Source: Alphaproteobacteria bacterium (lineage in GTDB: Bacteria; Pseudomonadota; Alphaproteobacteria; CAAHEQ01; UBA3637). From it: a stretch of 64,000 nt of DNA. Positions 1 through 8,318 of the stretch are shown here, in pieces. The stretch lies in the NCBI GenBank assembly GCA_045655105.1, contig JAZOOQ010000056.1, forward strand, positions 10,399-74,398, in the 5' to 3' direction. A program made the translations under genes and the position numbers. How positions within the stretch are numbered: position 1 is the first letter of the stretch; each line of letters begins with the position of its first letter. The notes beneath the pieces were generated by a model. It searched no databases. It was not told the DNA's origin and was given only the letters and a program-made list of their open reading frames with translations.

Positions 1-693
1 AATTGGTTTATTAACAGAACTTCTTGCAATGATGCCTGGGGCAGGGGCCATTACAGGATGGAGTGGTAAGTTTTCAAATCCTTCTTTCCCATCGATTGGA
101 TTGCCAAGAGGGTTTAAAACTCGACCCAATAATTCCATGCCAACAGGAACAGTGTTCATTTGTTTTGTTCTTGATACGATGGCACCTTCTCTAATGTTTT
201 GAGCATCGTTAAAAATAACGATATCAACCACATCTGGGTTTAAGTTAAGAGCCATCCCTGTTTGGCCAGTTTCAAATTCCACGCGTTCACCTGATGCAAT
301 GGATTTTAATCCTTCAACTCGGGCAACTCCATCAGAAACAGATAAAACTTTTCCAACTTCTTTTATTTCTTTTTTATCTTCAAAAGTGGAAACAGTATCA
401 GAAAAAACTTCTGCAATTTTTGTAACATCAACAGCTCTTGCAACTCGTTTTTCAATTTCTTGTTGAAAATTGGAAAGTTGACCTTTAACAGAGGCATCAA
501 TTAACAAAGAGTCAACATTTAATTTAAGGCCACCTAAAAGGGAAGGATTTACTTTTACTTGCAAGATAAAATGATCTGTTTTTAAAATTTCAGTTAATCT
601 TGTTTTTAAAGTTTCTAATTGCTTTTCGGATAAGCTGACGGCAGATTCAATTTCAATAAACTTTGTTTTATCTAAAGTGTTTGTCATAATCAT
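1..693 (-). CDS. atpA: F0F1 ATP synthase alpha subunit, 5' part (ORF runs off the window start). It begins with an in-frame ~75-aa extension that resembles the C-terminal domain of the delta/OSCP subunit
   Basis: Minus-strand ATG at 693 or 687 has an in-frame TAA at 694-696 and an AGGA Shine-Dalgarno upstream. Translation reads MIMTNTLDKTKFIEIESAVSLSEKQLETLK...VNPSLLGGLKLNVDSLLIDASVKGQLSNFQQ (delta C-terminus-like), then ...EVGKVLSVSDGVARVEGL...LLGRVLNPLGNPIDGKEGF (AtpA N-terminal motifs). The ORF continues to position 1 without a stop. Confidence 0.75.
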   Translation of the reverse strand, partial: MIMTNTLDKTKFIEIESAVSLSEKQLETLKTRLTEILKTDHFILQVKVNPSLLGGLKLNVDSLLIDASVKGQLSNFQQEIEKRVARAVDVTKIAEVFSDTVSTFEDKKEIKEVGKVLSVSDGVARVEGLKSIASGERVEFETGQTGMALNLNPDVVDIVIFNDAQNIREGAIVSRTKQMNTVPVGMELLGRVLNPLGNPIDGKEGFENLPLHPVMAPAPGIIARSSVNKPI

Positions 694-779
694 TTAATCC
701 TTTGAAAAAAAATAATGACTTCTTTTATCACAATTATCCTTTTCTTGCAAGAGAAGAAGCATTCTTTTTTAATAAAAAA

Positions 780-801
780 GGCATACAAAAAAATGTATGC
801 C
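780..801 (-). terminator. Rho-independent terminator for the 824..1138 ORF
   Basis: Hairpin ggcataca-aaaaaa-tgtatgcc, with a U-run on the minus strand (a-run at 770-779 on plus). Confidence 0.5.
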
Positions 802-823
802 TTTAAAAATTTAAAATTAAGAG

Positions 824-1138
824 TTATCGGTTGATGTTTTGGCGAATTTCTTCATCAATTTGCATCATGTATCCTTCTTGGTATGGATCTTTCCCTTCGC
901 TGACACTTTTTGCTTCATTTAATCCATATTTATTTGCTTTTTCCCCTAATCTTGAAGAAGCATCAAAAAACAAATGAATTTGTCTTCCAGAAATATTTTT
1001 ATATTGGGTGAATTGGTGTTTTATTTTATCATAGACTTCAAAGGGATTCATTCCTAATAAAATCCATGCAATAATAAGAAATTCACCTGCATGAATAGCA
1101 AGAGCTACAATCATTTTTTTTAATTTATCGAAGTCCAT
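824..1138 (-). CDS. hypothetical small membrane protein (104 aa)
   Basis: ORF with a hydrophobic segment (IVALAIHAGEFLIIAWILLG). A terminator hairpin lies downstream. No recognisable family. Confidence 0.4.
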   Translation of the reverse strand: MDFDKLKKMIVALAIHAGEFLIIAWILLGMNPFEVYDKIKHQFTQYKNISGRQIHLFFDASSRLGEKANKYGLNEAKSVSEGKDPYQEGYMMQIDEEIRQNINR

Positions 1139-1208
1139 GTTATTTTACCCTTTCATTTATTGAAAAAATTAATCATACTATAACTAAACTATAAGAAAAA
1201 AATAAATA

Positions 1209-1889
1209 TTGCAAATGAAAAAAATTAAAGCTTTTGGATTTGAAGTTTCGCTTTTGAAAAGAATGAAACAAAAAACACTTCGATTAATGGTTTCAAAAAC
1301 TGGTGAAGTGAAATTAACTATGCCCCTTTTTTGTTCAGAAAAGAAAGCTCTTGAATTTTTAAAAGAACATCAAAATTGGGTTTTAGAACAGTTGCAAAAA
1401 CATTACCTAAAAGTTTTTCAAGATAAAGATGAAGTGTTCATTTTGGGTAAAATTTATAAAATTATTCATGATGAAAAACAAAAAACAAGTGTTGTTGTTC
1501 AAGATGATGTTTTATATATTGGTGGTGAAAAGGAATTTTTGCATCGTAGATTATGCAATTTTGCAAAAAAAGAATTGTTGAAATATATTTATGAAAAATC
1601 TTTTTTGTTTTCTAAAATAATTGATCGAAAAATTAATAAAATTACGCTTAAAGATATGACTTCTAGATGGGGAAGTTGTTCCTCTGCTGGGAATTTAAAT
1701 TTTTGCTTTAAATTGGCATTTGCCCCCTTATTTGTTGTGGATTATTTAATTGCGCACGAAGTGGCACATTTAAAAGAAATGAATCATTCGAATGCTTTTT
1801 GGGAAACGGTTGCACTGATGAATACTGAACAGGCAAAAGCCCAAAGTTGGCTTCGAAAAAATGGATCTGACTTAATGAAAATTAAATAA
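1209..1889 (+). CDS. YgjP-like metal-dependent hydrolase (DUF45/M48-like, SprT-type HExxH)
   Basis: C-terminal motif TSRWGSC...DYLIAHEVAHLKEMNHSNAFW is typical of YgjP/UTP pyrophosphatase-like proteins. Confidence 0.7.
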   Translation: MQMKKIKAFGFEVSLLKRMKQKTLRLMVSKTGEVKLTMPLFCSEKKALEFLKEHQNWVLEQLQKHYLKVFQDKDEVFILGKIYKIIHDEKQKTSVVVQDDVLYIGGEKEFLHRRLCNFAKKELLKYIYEKSFLFSKIIDRKINKITLKDMTSRWGSCSSAGNLNFCFKLAFAPLFVVDYLIAHEVAHLKEMNHSNAFWETVALMNTEQAKAQSWLRKNGSDLMKIK

Positions 1890-1897
1890 AAAAGAAA

Positions 1898-1918
1898 AGG
1901 GGCCCTTGAAGGGCCCCT
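1898..1918. other. GC-rich stem-loop (aggggccc-ttgaa-gggcccct) just after the ygjP-like stop. No U-tract on the plus strand
   Basis: A perfect 8-bp GC stem in a ~30% GC background. Possibly a terminator or an RNA-stability element. Confidence 0.4.
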
Positions 1919-1943
1919 AGCGGAAAGAGGAACAATGAAAAAA

Positions 1944-1952
1944 GGGGGGGGG
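1944..1952. repeat. G9 homopolymer tract inside a 557-bp AT-rich non-coding spacer
   Basis: Sequence aaaaaagggggggggacagg. A poly-G run is statistically unexpected at this GC content. Confidence 0.5.
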
Positions 1953-2446
1953 ACAGGTTCACTCTTTCCCAATGGTGTTTGGTTTCACAAAAATAGGGAG
2001 ACTAAAAAATAACTCAAACACCTTGATCATCACCTCTTGATGATAATTGCATTATATCTTATTTTTAAAAAAAAGTCAACACTTTTTTATAAATATATTG
2101 ACAAAATAATTTTATATAAAAAATGTTAAAAACATCATTAAAAATCAATATGTTATAAATTTTAAATATGAATGTATTTTGATTAATAGTAATAAAAAAG
2201 AAAGAATTGAAAAAAAATTTTTAAACGAAAAATAATGAAAAAAGGCCTAAAAAATGGGGTTTTAGTACAAAAATTAACAAATTATTAATCAGATTCGCAC
2301 TTTTTTGATTTTAAAAATGCTTAACTAATTGAAAAATAATGAGTATTTTTATTTTTCTGATTCTTAAAAAATAAGAAAAAAGCAGCGAGATGAGGAAGTT
2401 TTTATTTTTTTAGGGAAGATGCTGCTTTTTTCTTAAGGGAAACTTT

Positions 2447-3130
2447 TTAATGGTATGCCCTCATTAATCCAACTAATAATCCTTGAACTTCAACACGGGC
2501 AATATCTAATGTGCGTGGTTCATAGGCTGGATTTTCAGGAATTAATGTTACTTGTCTGCCTTTTACTTGAATGCGTTTGAGTGTGGCTTCAAACCCATCT
2601 ACCAATGCAACAACAATGGATCCATTTGGGGCATAATCAGCTCGTTTGATGATAACGGTGTCTCCATCCATAATACCTGCATTAATCATAGAATCGCCTT
2701 CAATTTTAAGAGCATAATGTTCGCCAGAACCCATCATGTGAGAAGGAACTGTGACCATATCATTGGGATTGCGAATAGCTTCAATGGGAACTCCTGCCGC
2801 AATTTTTCCAAACAAAGGAATTTCAATTGAATTATCATTGACAACATTATAAACAGATTGCGAAAAGCCTTTAGTTTTATTTTTTCCCATAACTTTAACA
2901 GGAGCAACATATTTTTCGGCGGGCATGGTTAAAACTTCAATTGCTCTGGCTCGGTTAGGGGCTCTTTTAATAAATTTTCTTTGCTCAAGTGCACTAATGA
3001 TGCGATGAATACCAGATTTTGAATGAAGATTTAATTTTTCTTTCATTTCATCAAAGGAGGGGCAGACGCCTTTTTCTTTAATTGTATCGTTGATGAATGT
3101 TAAGAGTAAATATTGTTTTTGCGTCAGCAT
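2447..3130 (-). CDS. lexA: LexA repressor (SOS regulator, S24 peptidase C-terminal domain)
   Basis: MLTQKQYLLLTFINDTIKEKGVCPSFDEMK...GDSMINAGIMDGDTVIIKR...ATLKRIQ. Start is taken at the ATG at 3130, which has a GGAGAG Shine-Dalgarno 7 nt upstream. The longer track ORF is an in-frame upstream extension. Confidence 0.85.
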   Translation of the reverse strand: MLTQKQYLLLTFINDTIKEKGVCPSFDEMKEKLNLHSKSGIHRIISALEQRKFIKRAPNRARAIEVLTMPAEKYVAPVKVMGKNKTKGFSQSVYNVVNDNSIEIPLFGKIAAGVPIEAIRNPNDMVTVPSHMMGSGEHYALKIEGDSMINAGIMDGDTVIIKRADYAPNGSIVVALVDGFEATLKRIQVKGRQVTLIPENPAYEPRTLDIARVEVQGLLVGLMRAYH

Positions 3131-3153
3131 ATTAAGCTCTCCAAGTTTAAGAT

Positions 3154-3168
3154 ATTCCACTTTTGTTC
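3154..3168. promoter_or_regulatory. candidate LexA box (ATTC-N7-GTTC; the alphaproteobacterial consensus is GTTC-N7-GTTC)
   Basis: Direct-repeat half-sites attc cactttt gttc lie 24-38 nt upstream of the lexA ATG and downstream of a putative minus-strand -35 TTGACA (3199-3194) / -10 TAGGAT. Confidence 0.3.
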
Positions 3169-3255
3169 TTATCCTAAAATAAAAAAAATTCTTTGTCAAT
3201 AAAAAAATTTTTTTATAAAAAAAAGAATGTGAAATATTCTTTTTTCTTGAAATAT

Positions 3256-3284
3256 TTGACTTTTTTGCTATTTTGAGATATACT
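3256..3284 (+). promoter_or_regulatory. sigma70-like promoter TTGACT-17-TATACT for the divergent small ankyrin gene
   Basis: ttgact (3256-3261), 17-nt spacer, tatact (3279-3284). The ATG at 3322 is preceded by an agagg Shine-Dalgarno. Confidence 0.4.
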
Positions 3285-3321
3285 TGTAATTAATAGATAA
3301 AGAAAAAAAGAGGCAAAAAAG

Positions 3322-3807
3322 ATGATTGAAGAAGAAATGGAACGAGATAATATTCAAGTTTTAATGGCGCATCGTATTCAAAGTGCAATTGATTCAGGGG
3401 ATTTAATTGAACTTCAAGATTGCGCCGCTTTATTGGATGTGAAACGTATCTTCTTTGTTGAAATGGATGAAGAAACAGAGCGAAAATTGGCAAAGCCGAT
3501 TTTGGTCTATGCGGCTGAACATGGGTCAGTGGATGTTGTTAAATTTTTGCTTGAAGTTGGTTGTGATATTAATGCGCAAGATACATTTGGAAATACGGCA
3601 CTTCTTTGCGCAGTTGAAAATAATCGATATGAATTGATGAAATTTTTGTTGCGTCAACCAGGGATTCATGTTGAGTTGGCCAATTTTTATGGGGAAAATA
3701 TTTTTTCAATTGCAGCTCTTAATAATGATGAGCAAATTACAGAATATTTAAAAACATTAAAATTCCAAAAATCAGATATCGCCGAAAGTGTTTTTCAAGT
3801 GAATTAA
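3322..3807 (+). CDS. small ankyrin-repeat protein (161 aa)
   Basis: ANK consensus ILVYAAEHGSVDVVKFLLEVGCDINAQDTFGNTALLCAVENNRYELMKFLL. Confidence 0.7.
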   Translation: MIEEEMERDNIQVLMAHRIQSAIDSGDLIELQDCAALLDVKRIFFVEMDEETERKLAKPILVYAAEHGSVDVVKFLLEVGCDINAQDTFGNTALLCAVENNRYELMKFLLRQPGIHVELANFYGENIFSIAALNNDEQITEYLKTLKFQKSDIAESVFQVN

Positions 3808-3845
3808 AATTATTTTAAGTTGTTAAAATAATAAGGCTGTTATTT

Positions 3846-5978
3846 TTATGATTTAATTTTGATCAATCTCGGTGTTTCAATATTTTCAAATTTAATTAGG
3901 CCGGTATTATCGTTTTGGTTATATTCAATAAGAGTGCCTTTTCCTAAATATTTATGGTTAATAGTAGATCCAACTTCATAATTATGCATTTGTGTGTTGT
4001 TAATAAATGCATCGATTCTTGTGATTTGTTGTTTTGTTTGATTTTTGTATTCTTCATCTAGTTTGGTAATAAATGTTAATAGCTTTGGATTTATTTCTAA
4101 AATAAAGCGAGATGGATATCTGAATGAATTATCAAAATTTAGGCCTTCTGAATCAGATAAAAATAATTTGAGTTCAGCTCTTGTAATTGCAACATAAGCA
4201 AGTCGTCGTTCCTCTTCAAGTTCTGTATTGCTTTTGACATTATAAGATGGAAAAATACCTTCAGATAGTGAGCAAAGAAATACATAAGGGAACTCTAATC
4301 CTTTTGCGGTGTGGATAGTCATAAGTTTAATGGAATTTTGATCAGTTGTTTTTTTATCTTGATTTGTTAGCAATGATATTTGTTGTAAATATTCAGTAAG
4401 TTCAAGTTTCTCGCCAAAATGACTTTCATACTCAATGATTGATTGTTTGAGCTCAGCTAAATTATCAAGTCGTTCTTGATCTCCATCCCTTTTTAGTTCT
4501 TCTTGATAGCCACTTTTTGTTAATAAAAATTCTAATATGTCTGTTAATTTTGCTGTTTTTAATTTTTTTTCTGCTGTATTAAATAATTTAACAAAATTCA
4601 TAGCGTGAGTGTTGGTTAATCTATTTTCTTTTATGTTTTTGATTAAAGCAGAGTATAGTGAGCACGAATTTTGATTTGCAGTGTTTTGAATTAGTTCAAT
4701 CTTTTTTTTCCCAATACCTCGTTTTGGGGTATTGATGATTCTTAAAAAAGAAATATCATCTTTATATAAAAGGAATCTCATATAAGACAGTATGTCTTTT
4801 ACTTCTCTTCGTTCATAAAAGCTTATTCCACTGTAAATAGTGTAGGGAATTTTTGCTCTTATTAGGCCATCTTCAAGTGTTCTCGAACAATAATGAGCTC
4901 TGTATAGAATAGCAATATCCCTGTAGTTTGCTTTTTGTTTTTTGAGTTTTTTGATTTCTTTTATAATCCAATCAGTTTCTAATTTTGACGTTTTTAGATG
5001 ATTATAAATGACTGGATTTGTTAGAGTTTTAACGGCAGATAAATCTTTTTTTATTCTATCTTTGTTGTTTGAAATAAGTGAATTTGCAACGTCTAAAATA
5101 TTTTGCGTTGACCTGTAATTTTTATTCAAAACAAAGGTTTTAACGTTTTTAAATTGATTGTTGAAATCTAAAATGAAATTTTGCTGGGATCCGCGCCAAG
5201 AATAAATGGTTTGATCTGGATCACCAACAATAAATAGGTTTTTATGGTGTTGGCTTAAATAAGATACTAAGTCATATTGACGTTCTGATACATCTTGAAA
5301 TTCGTCAACCATAATATATTGAAGACGTTCTTGCCATTTTTTTAAAATTTTTTTAAAATTTCTAAATATATACAGTGTAAAATAAATTAGATCATCAAAA
5401 TCTAGACCAAATGCTTTCTTTTGCTCATAGATGTACCCATATAATATTTTATTATGAGGATCAGGATTTTGTTTTGCGAGATTATATTTTTTTGATATCT
5501 CACTTGTATTTGAAGTAATTAAAAAATCAATATCTTTATTTTTGGATATGAAATCAATAGCATTTTTGAATGTAATGTCACTTTGTGAAAGCTCGCAATC
5601 CTCATATACTTTTCTTAGAATTGTTTTTTTGTCTTCGTTATCTATAATAAAAAATTGTTTTGGGTAATTGAGTGTATGGATATCTTCTCGTAAAATGGTT
5701 ACACAGAAAGAGTGAAATGTCGAAATGTAGGCAGTGTCGTGATCACCAATTAGGTTTTTAATGCGACTTTTCATTTCTTGTGCAGCTTTATTGGTAAAGG
5801 TTACGCAAAGAATACTTTTTGTTGGAATACCTAAATTTTGGACAAGGTGTGCATACCTATGTGTTAAAACTTTTGTTTTGCCACTTCCTGCCCCAGCTAT
5901 GATTCTGATATAGCCTTCTGTTTCGAGAACACAAGTTTGTTGATCAGGATTTAGACTATTTAATAAACTGTTTGTCAT
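3846..5978 (-). CDS. UvrD/Rep/PcrA-family ATP-dependent DNA helicase
   Basis: All SF1A motifs are present: AGAGSGKT; TFTNKAAQEM; VDEFQD; VGDPDQTIYSWRGS; NYRST; TIHTAKGLEF; VAITRA. Confidence 0.8.
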   Translation of the reverse strand: MTNSLLNSLNPDQQTCVLETEGYIRIIAGAGSGKTKVLTHRYAHLVQNLGIPTKSILCVTFTNKAAQEMKSRIKNLIGDHDTAYISTFHSFCVTILREDIHTLNYPKQFFIIDNEDKKTILRKVYEDCELSQSDITFKNAIDFISKNKDIDFLITSNTSEISKKYNLAKQNPDPHNKILYGYIYEQKKAFGLDFDDLIYFTLYIFRNFKKILKKWQERLQYIMVDEFQDVSERQYDLVSYLSQHHKNLFIVGDPDQTIYSWRGSQQNFILDFNNQFKNVKTFVLNKNYRSTQNILDVANSLISNNKDRIKKDLSAVKTLTNPVIYNHLKTSKLETDWIIKEIKKLKKQKANYRDIAILYRAHYCSRTLEDGLIRAKIPYTIYSGISFYERREVKDILSYMRFLLYKDDISFLRIINTPKRGIGKKKIELIQNTANQNSCSLYSALIKNIKENRLTNTHAMNFVKLFNTAEKKLKTAKLTDILEFLLTKSGYQEELKRDGDQERLDNLAELKQSIIEYESHFGEKLELTEYLQQISLLTNQDKKTTDQNSIKLMTIHTAKGLEFPYVFLCSLSEGIFPSYNVKSNTELEEERRLAYVAITRAELKLFLSDSEGLNFDNSFRYPSRFILEINPKLLTFITKLDEEYKNQTKQQITRIDAFINNTQMHNYEVGSTINHKYLGKGTLIEYNQNDNTGLIKFENIETPRLIKIKS

Positions 5979-6360
5979 TTTTTACTCGTTTGTCTGTGAT
6001 TATAAAATATCATGTTTTTCTAATTTAAACAATCTTTTTTTATGAAAAATGAGGTGTTGAATGAATAGTATTTTATTATTTTTTATGATAATATGTAAGA
6101 TCTATTCAGAAAGAACAGATTTGATTTTAAATTAGGTTTAAGTGTGTTACCACTTGTAAAATAATAATTATACAGGTTGTTGTATATTGAATATATTAAT
6201 ATGGGAAAAGAAAAAAATGAACCATTCAAATTCAGAACGGCAAAATCTTGATGATTTTCCAAGACTCTCATTAATCGTTCGTTTTTTTAGGGGGTGCTTT
6301 GTTATATGCTGGATATTATCCACATGATATATATTTTATACTGCAACAAAACATCATAAA

Positions 6361-6576
6361 ATGACTTGGAGTCATAAAAGCAATCTTTGTGAAATACAAG
6401 TCTTTGATATAAAAGAATTTAAGTGCCAATCTGTCCATAAAATTCCTCTTTCTGAAATTGACTATATGTATTTAAGAAAACATGAGCCTTATAGCAGGAG
6501 GGGGAGGAGAGCGGATACCTATGATCTTGTTCTAAAAACTAAAACAAAAGAGATTGACTTGGAAAATGCGACATAA
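6361..6576 (+). CDS. hypothetical small protein (71 aa), weakly supported
   Basis: ORF only, no clear RBS. Lies in a ~900-bp gene-poor stretch next to the tRNA-Asp 3' end. Confidence 0.2.
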   Translation: MTWSHKSNLCEIQVFDIKEFKCQSVHKIPLSEIDYMYLRKHEPYSRRGRRADTYDLVLKTKTKEIDLENAT

Positions 6577-6615
6577 AATATTTGGATTTCTTCCAGAGAA
6601 GAAAAAGCTCAAAAA

Positions 6616-6816
6616 ATGAATGCGTTTTTGAAACATAATTTTTCAAATAACATTGAATATGAGTATCGAGAAGGTTTTACCTGTTTAATTACGGCCCTGA
6701 TATTTTCATTACCTGTGGTTACTGGTCTTTTCTTATTTTTCCGAACTAAGCACAAAAACGCAAATAAGAGAATTTTGCTGTTCAAAGACATTAAAGAATT
6801 TCAACTAACAAATTGA
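6616..6816 (+). CDS. hypothetical small membrane protein (66 aa), weakly supported
   Basis: One predicted TM helix (CLITALIFSLPVVTGLFLFF). It shares a DIKEF motif with the preceding small ORF. Confidence 0.2.
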   Translation: MNAFLKHNFSNNIEYEYREGFTCLITALIFSLPVVTGLFLFFRTKHKNANKRILLFKDIKEFQLTN

Positions 6817-6862
6817 TAGTTGGAATTGGACGAGAACCCTTGGGTGAGAGTTTCTTCACACA

Positions 6863-6888
6863 TAAAAAAAAGACCGCGGATGCGGTCT
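6863..6888 (-). terminator. Rho-independent terminator downstream of tRNA-Asp
   Basis: agaccgc-ggat-gcggtct hairpin, with an a8 run on the plus strand that gives a U-run on the minus strand. Confidence 0.6.
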
Positions 6889-6893
6889 TTAAA

Positions 6894-6970
6894 TGGCGGG
6901 AGTGAAGGGACTCGAACCCTCGGCCTCCTGCGTGACAGGCAGGCGCTCTAACCAGCTGAGCTACACCCCC
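6894..6970 (-). tRNA. tRNA-Asp (anticodon GUC), CCA encoded
   Basis: Reverse complement gggggtgtagctcagctggttagagcgcctgcctGTCacgcaggaggccgagggttcgagtcccttcactcccgcca. Cloverleaf with GTΨC arm ggttcgagtcc; anticodon loop ctGTCac. Confidence 0.9.
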
Positions 6971-7058
6971 AAGGTGTGCTATAATTAATAGCAGAAAACT
7001 TTATGAGATGCAAGCTTTTTTTTATATAAAAAATATTTTTTTTATAATGTATTTATTT

Positions 7059-8075
7059 TTAAGCATTTTTTGTTAAATAAACAAGTCCATTTAACTGAAT
7101 ATCATGCTGTTCAACCAAGAAAACAGGGATGTTTTTAAGGTAATTTGCAAAATATTTCTTATAATAAAAATATTTTTTAAAGGATGATTTCATTAATAAG
7201 CTGCGAATCGTTGGTTGGTTTAAAAGATTCCCAACTAAGTAAACGCCTCCTTCAGTTTTAAGTGTTAAAGCCAAATTTGAAGCATAAATGCCCAAAAATT
7301 CAAAGAAGTACCAAAAGGTTAATAGGGCAATTTCATCTTTTTTGCTAGCAAGTTCAGTCACTTCTTTCGGGCGAAGTGGAAAAATATCAGCTTCTAAAGT
7401 TTCGGTTATTTTAAAAGCATTTTTCATTGTTTCACTTTCGCTTATCCAAGCCGAATCAGGGGCTTGTTGATTAATTTTTAAAATGGCTTGATAAAGGCGC
7501 AACAAACCTGATCCTGAAAGAATATCTTCAAAGGAAAGAGGCGCTTCTTCTTTTGTGATTTCGGATACAATTTTTTGTTGATTGGGGGTGAGAGCAGATA
7601 AAGAAGAATGACCAGCCTCTGAAGATAAAACTTGATATTCATTGTGTGTTGGAATTATAAAACAACTTCCAAGACCGGTTCCAGGACCCAAAACAAGTTT
7701 GCTACCCATCTCTTCTTTGGTTTTATCAGTCAGGGCAAGTAAATCTTTTTCTTTTGCCTTTAAAATGCCCCATCCTTGCAATTCAAAATCATTAACAAGC
7801 AAAATTTGAGTGGTTGGATAAGATTTTTTAAGTTCATCTTTATCAATACAAAAATCAGCATTTGTGAGTATGGTTATATGATCTTGAATAATACCTGCCA
7901 CCCCGAAAATCATTTTTTCTGGTTGCTCATTTATTGTTTTTAAATAATCAGTTAAAACTTCGGTGATTGAACGATAATCGCTGGTTTTATAATAATGCAA
8001 CGAGGTGATTTCTGATCCATTTAAAAGCATTATTCTAATATTTGTTCCGCCGATATCTGCTAATAAGTAGCTCAT
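7059..8075 (-). CDS. glk: glucokinase
   Basis: N-terminal ADIGGTNIR and Glk-like LGPGTGLG and EAGH motifs. Strong AAGGAGG Shine-Dalgarno. Confidence 0.75.
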   Translation of the reverse strand: MSYLLADIGGTNIRIMLLNGSEITSLHYYKTSDYRSITEVLTDYLKTINEQPEKMIFGVAGIIQDHITILTNADFCIDKDELKKSYPTTQILLVNDFELQGWGILKAKEKDLLALTDKTKEEMGSKLVLGPGTGLGSCFIIPTHNEYQVLSSEAGHSSLSALTPNQQKIVSEITKEEAPLSFEDILSGSGLLRLYQAILKINQQAPDSAWISESETMKNAFKITETLEADIFPLRPKEVTELASKKDEIALLTFWYFFEFLGIYASNLALTLKTEGGVYLVGNLLNQPTIRSLLMKSSFKKYFYYKKYFANYLKNIPVFLVEQHDIQLNGLVYLTKNA

Positions 8076-8087
8076 GAAGCCTCCTTT

Positions 8088-8318
8088 TTATTTAAAAATA
8101 GAAATAAATTCTTTTCCAACACATCCTAAGTTTTGAAAAACACATTTGATGCCGATTAAAATTTCTGTATGCCATTTTTCTTTTTCTGATGGGAGACATG
8201 CCATCAATTTATTTGTGCAAGTTGCTGTGAAAAAATCATTTGAAAAAAGCGCAATTACCCAGCAAATAATAGCAACTAAAACACCAACCATTAAAACTTT
8301 TGAAAAAAGAGCTAGCAT
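8088..8318 (-). CDS. hypothetical small membrane protein (76 aa)
   Basis: TM segment MVGVLVAIICWVIALF. Its start overlaps the stop of the upstream nucleotidyltransferase gene by 7 nt, which suggests translational coupling. Confidence 0.4.
   Translation of the reverse strand: MLALFSKVLMVGVLVAIICWVIALFSNDFFTATCTNKLMACLPSEKEKWHTEILIGIKCVFQNLGCVGKEFISIFK

Noticed and set aside
1784-1972. Assorted short overlapping ORFs from the track (e.g. 1784..1972, 2552..2830, 3455..3637, 10637..10846, 13830..14105, 18541..18849, 32002..32379, 52484..52834, 54358..54843).
   Set aside because: They lie antisense or out of frame within strongly supported genes, lack RBSs, and have atypical composition. They are treated as spurious.
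2447-3199. Longer N-terminal extensions given by the ORF track for lexA (3199), infA (15705), ankyrin 2 (24531), nudix (28611), the kinase-like gene (56982), TSCPD (57842), pal (60547), ddpX (49809, GTG) and mutY (51503, TTG).
   Set aside because: Internal ATG codons with good Shine-Dalgarno sequences and conserved protein N-termini (e.g. MAKEEV for IF-1, MATPT for both ankyrins) indicate shorter true starts. The extensions are read-through of upstream in-frame sequence.
3846-5978. UvrD-like helicase as a possible Gabija/other defence-system helicase.
   Set aside because: All canonical UvrD/PcrA motifs are present and it has genome-housekeeping size. No nuclease or ATPase partner gene is adjacent, so it is interpreted as the repair helicase.
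5979-6893. Gene-poor ~900-bp stretch abutting the 3' end of tRNA-Asp as a remnant integrated element.
   Set aside because: No integrase or attachment-site direct repeat of the tRNA 3' end is visible in the window. Only weak small ORFs are present.
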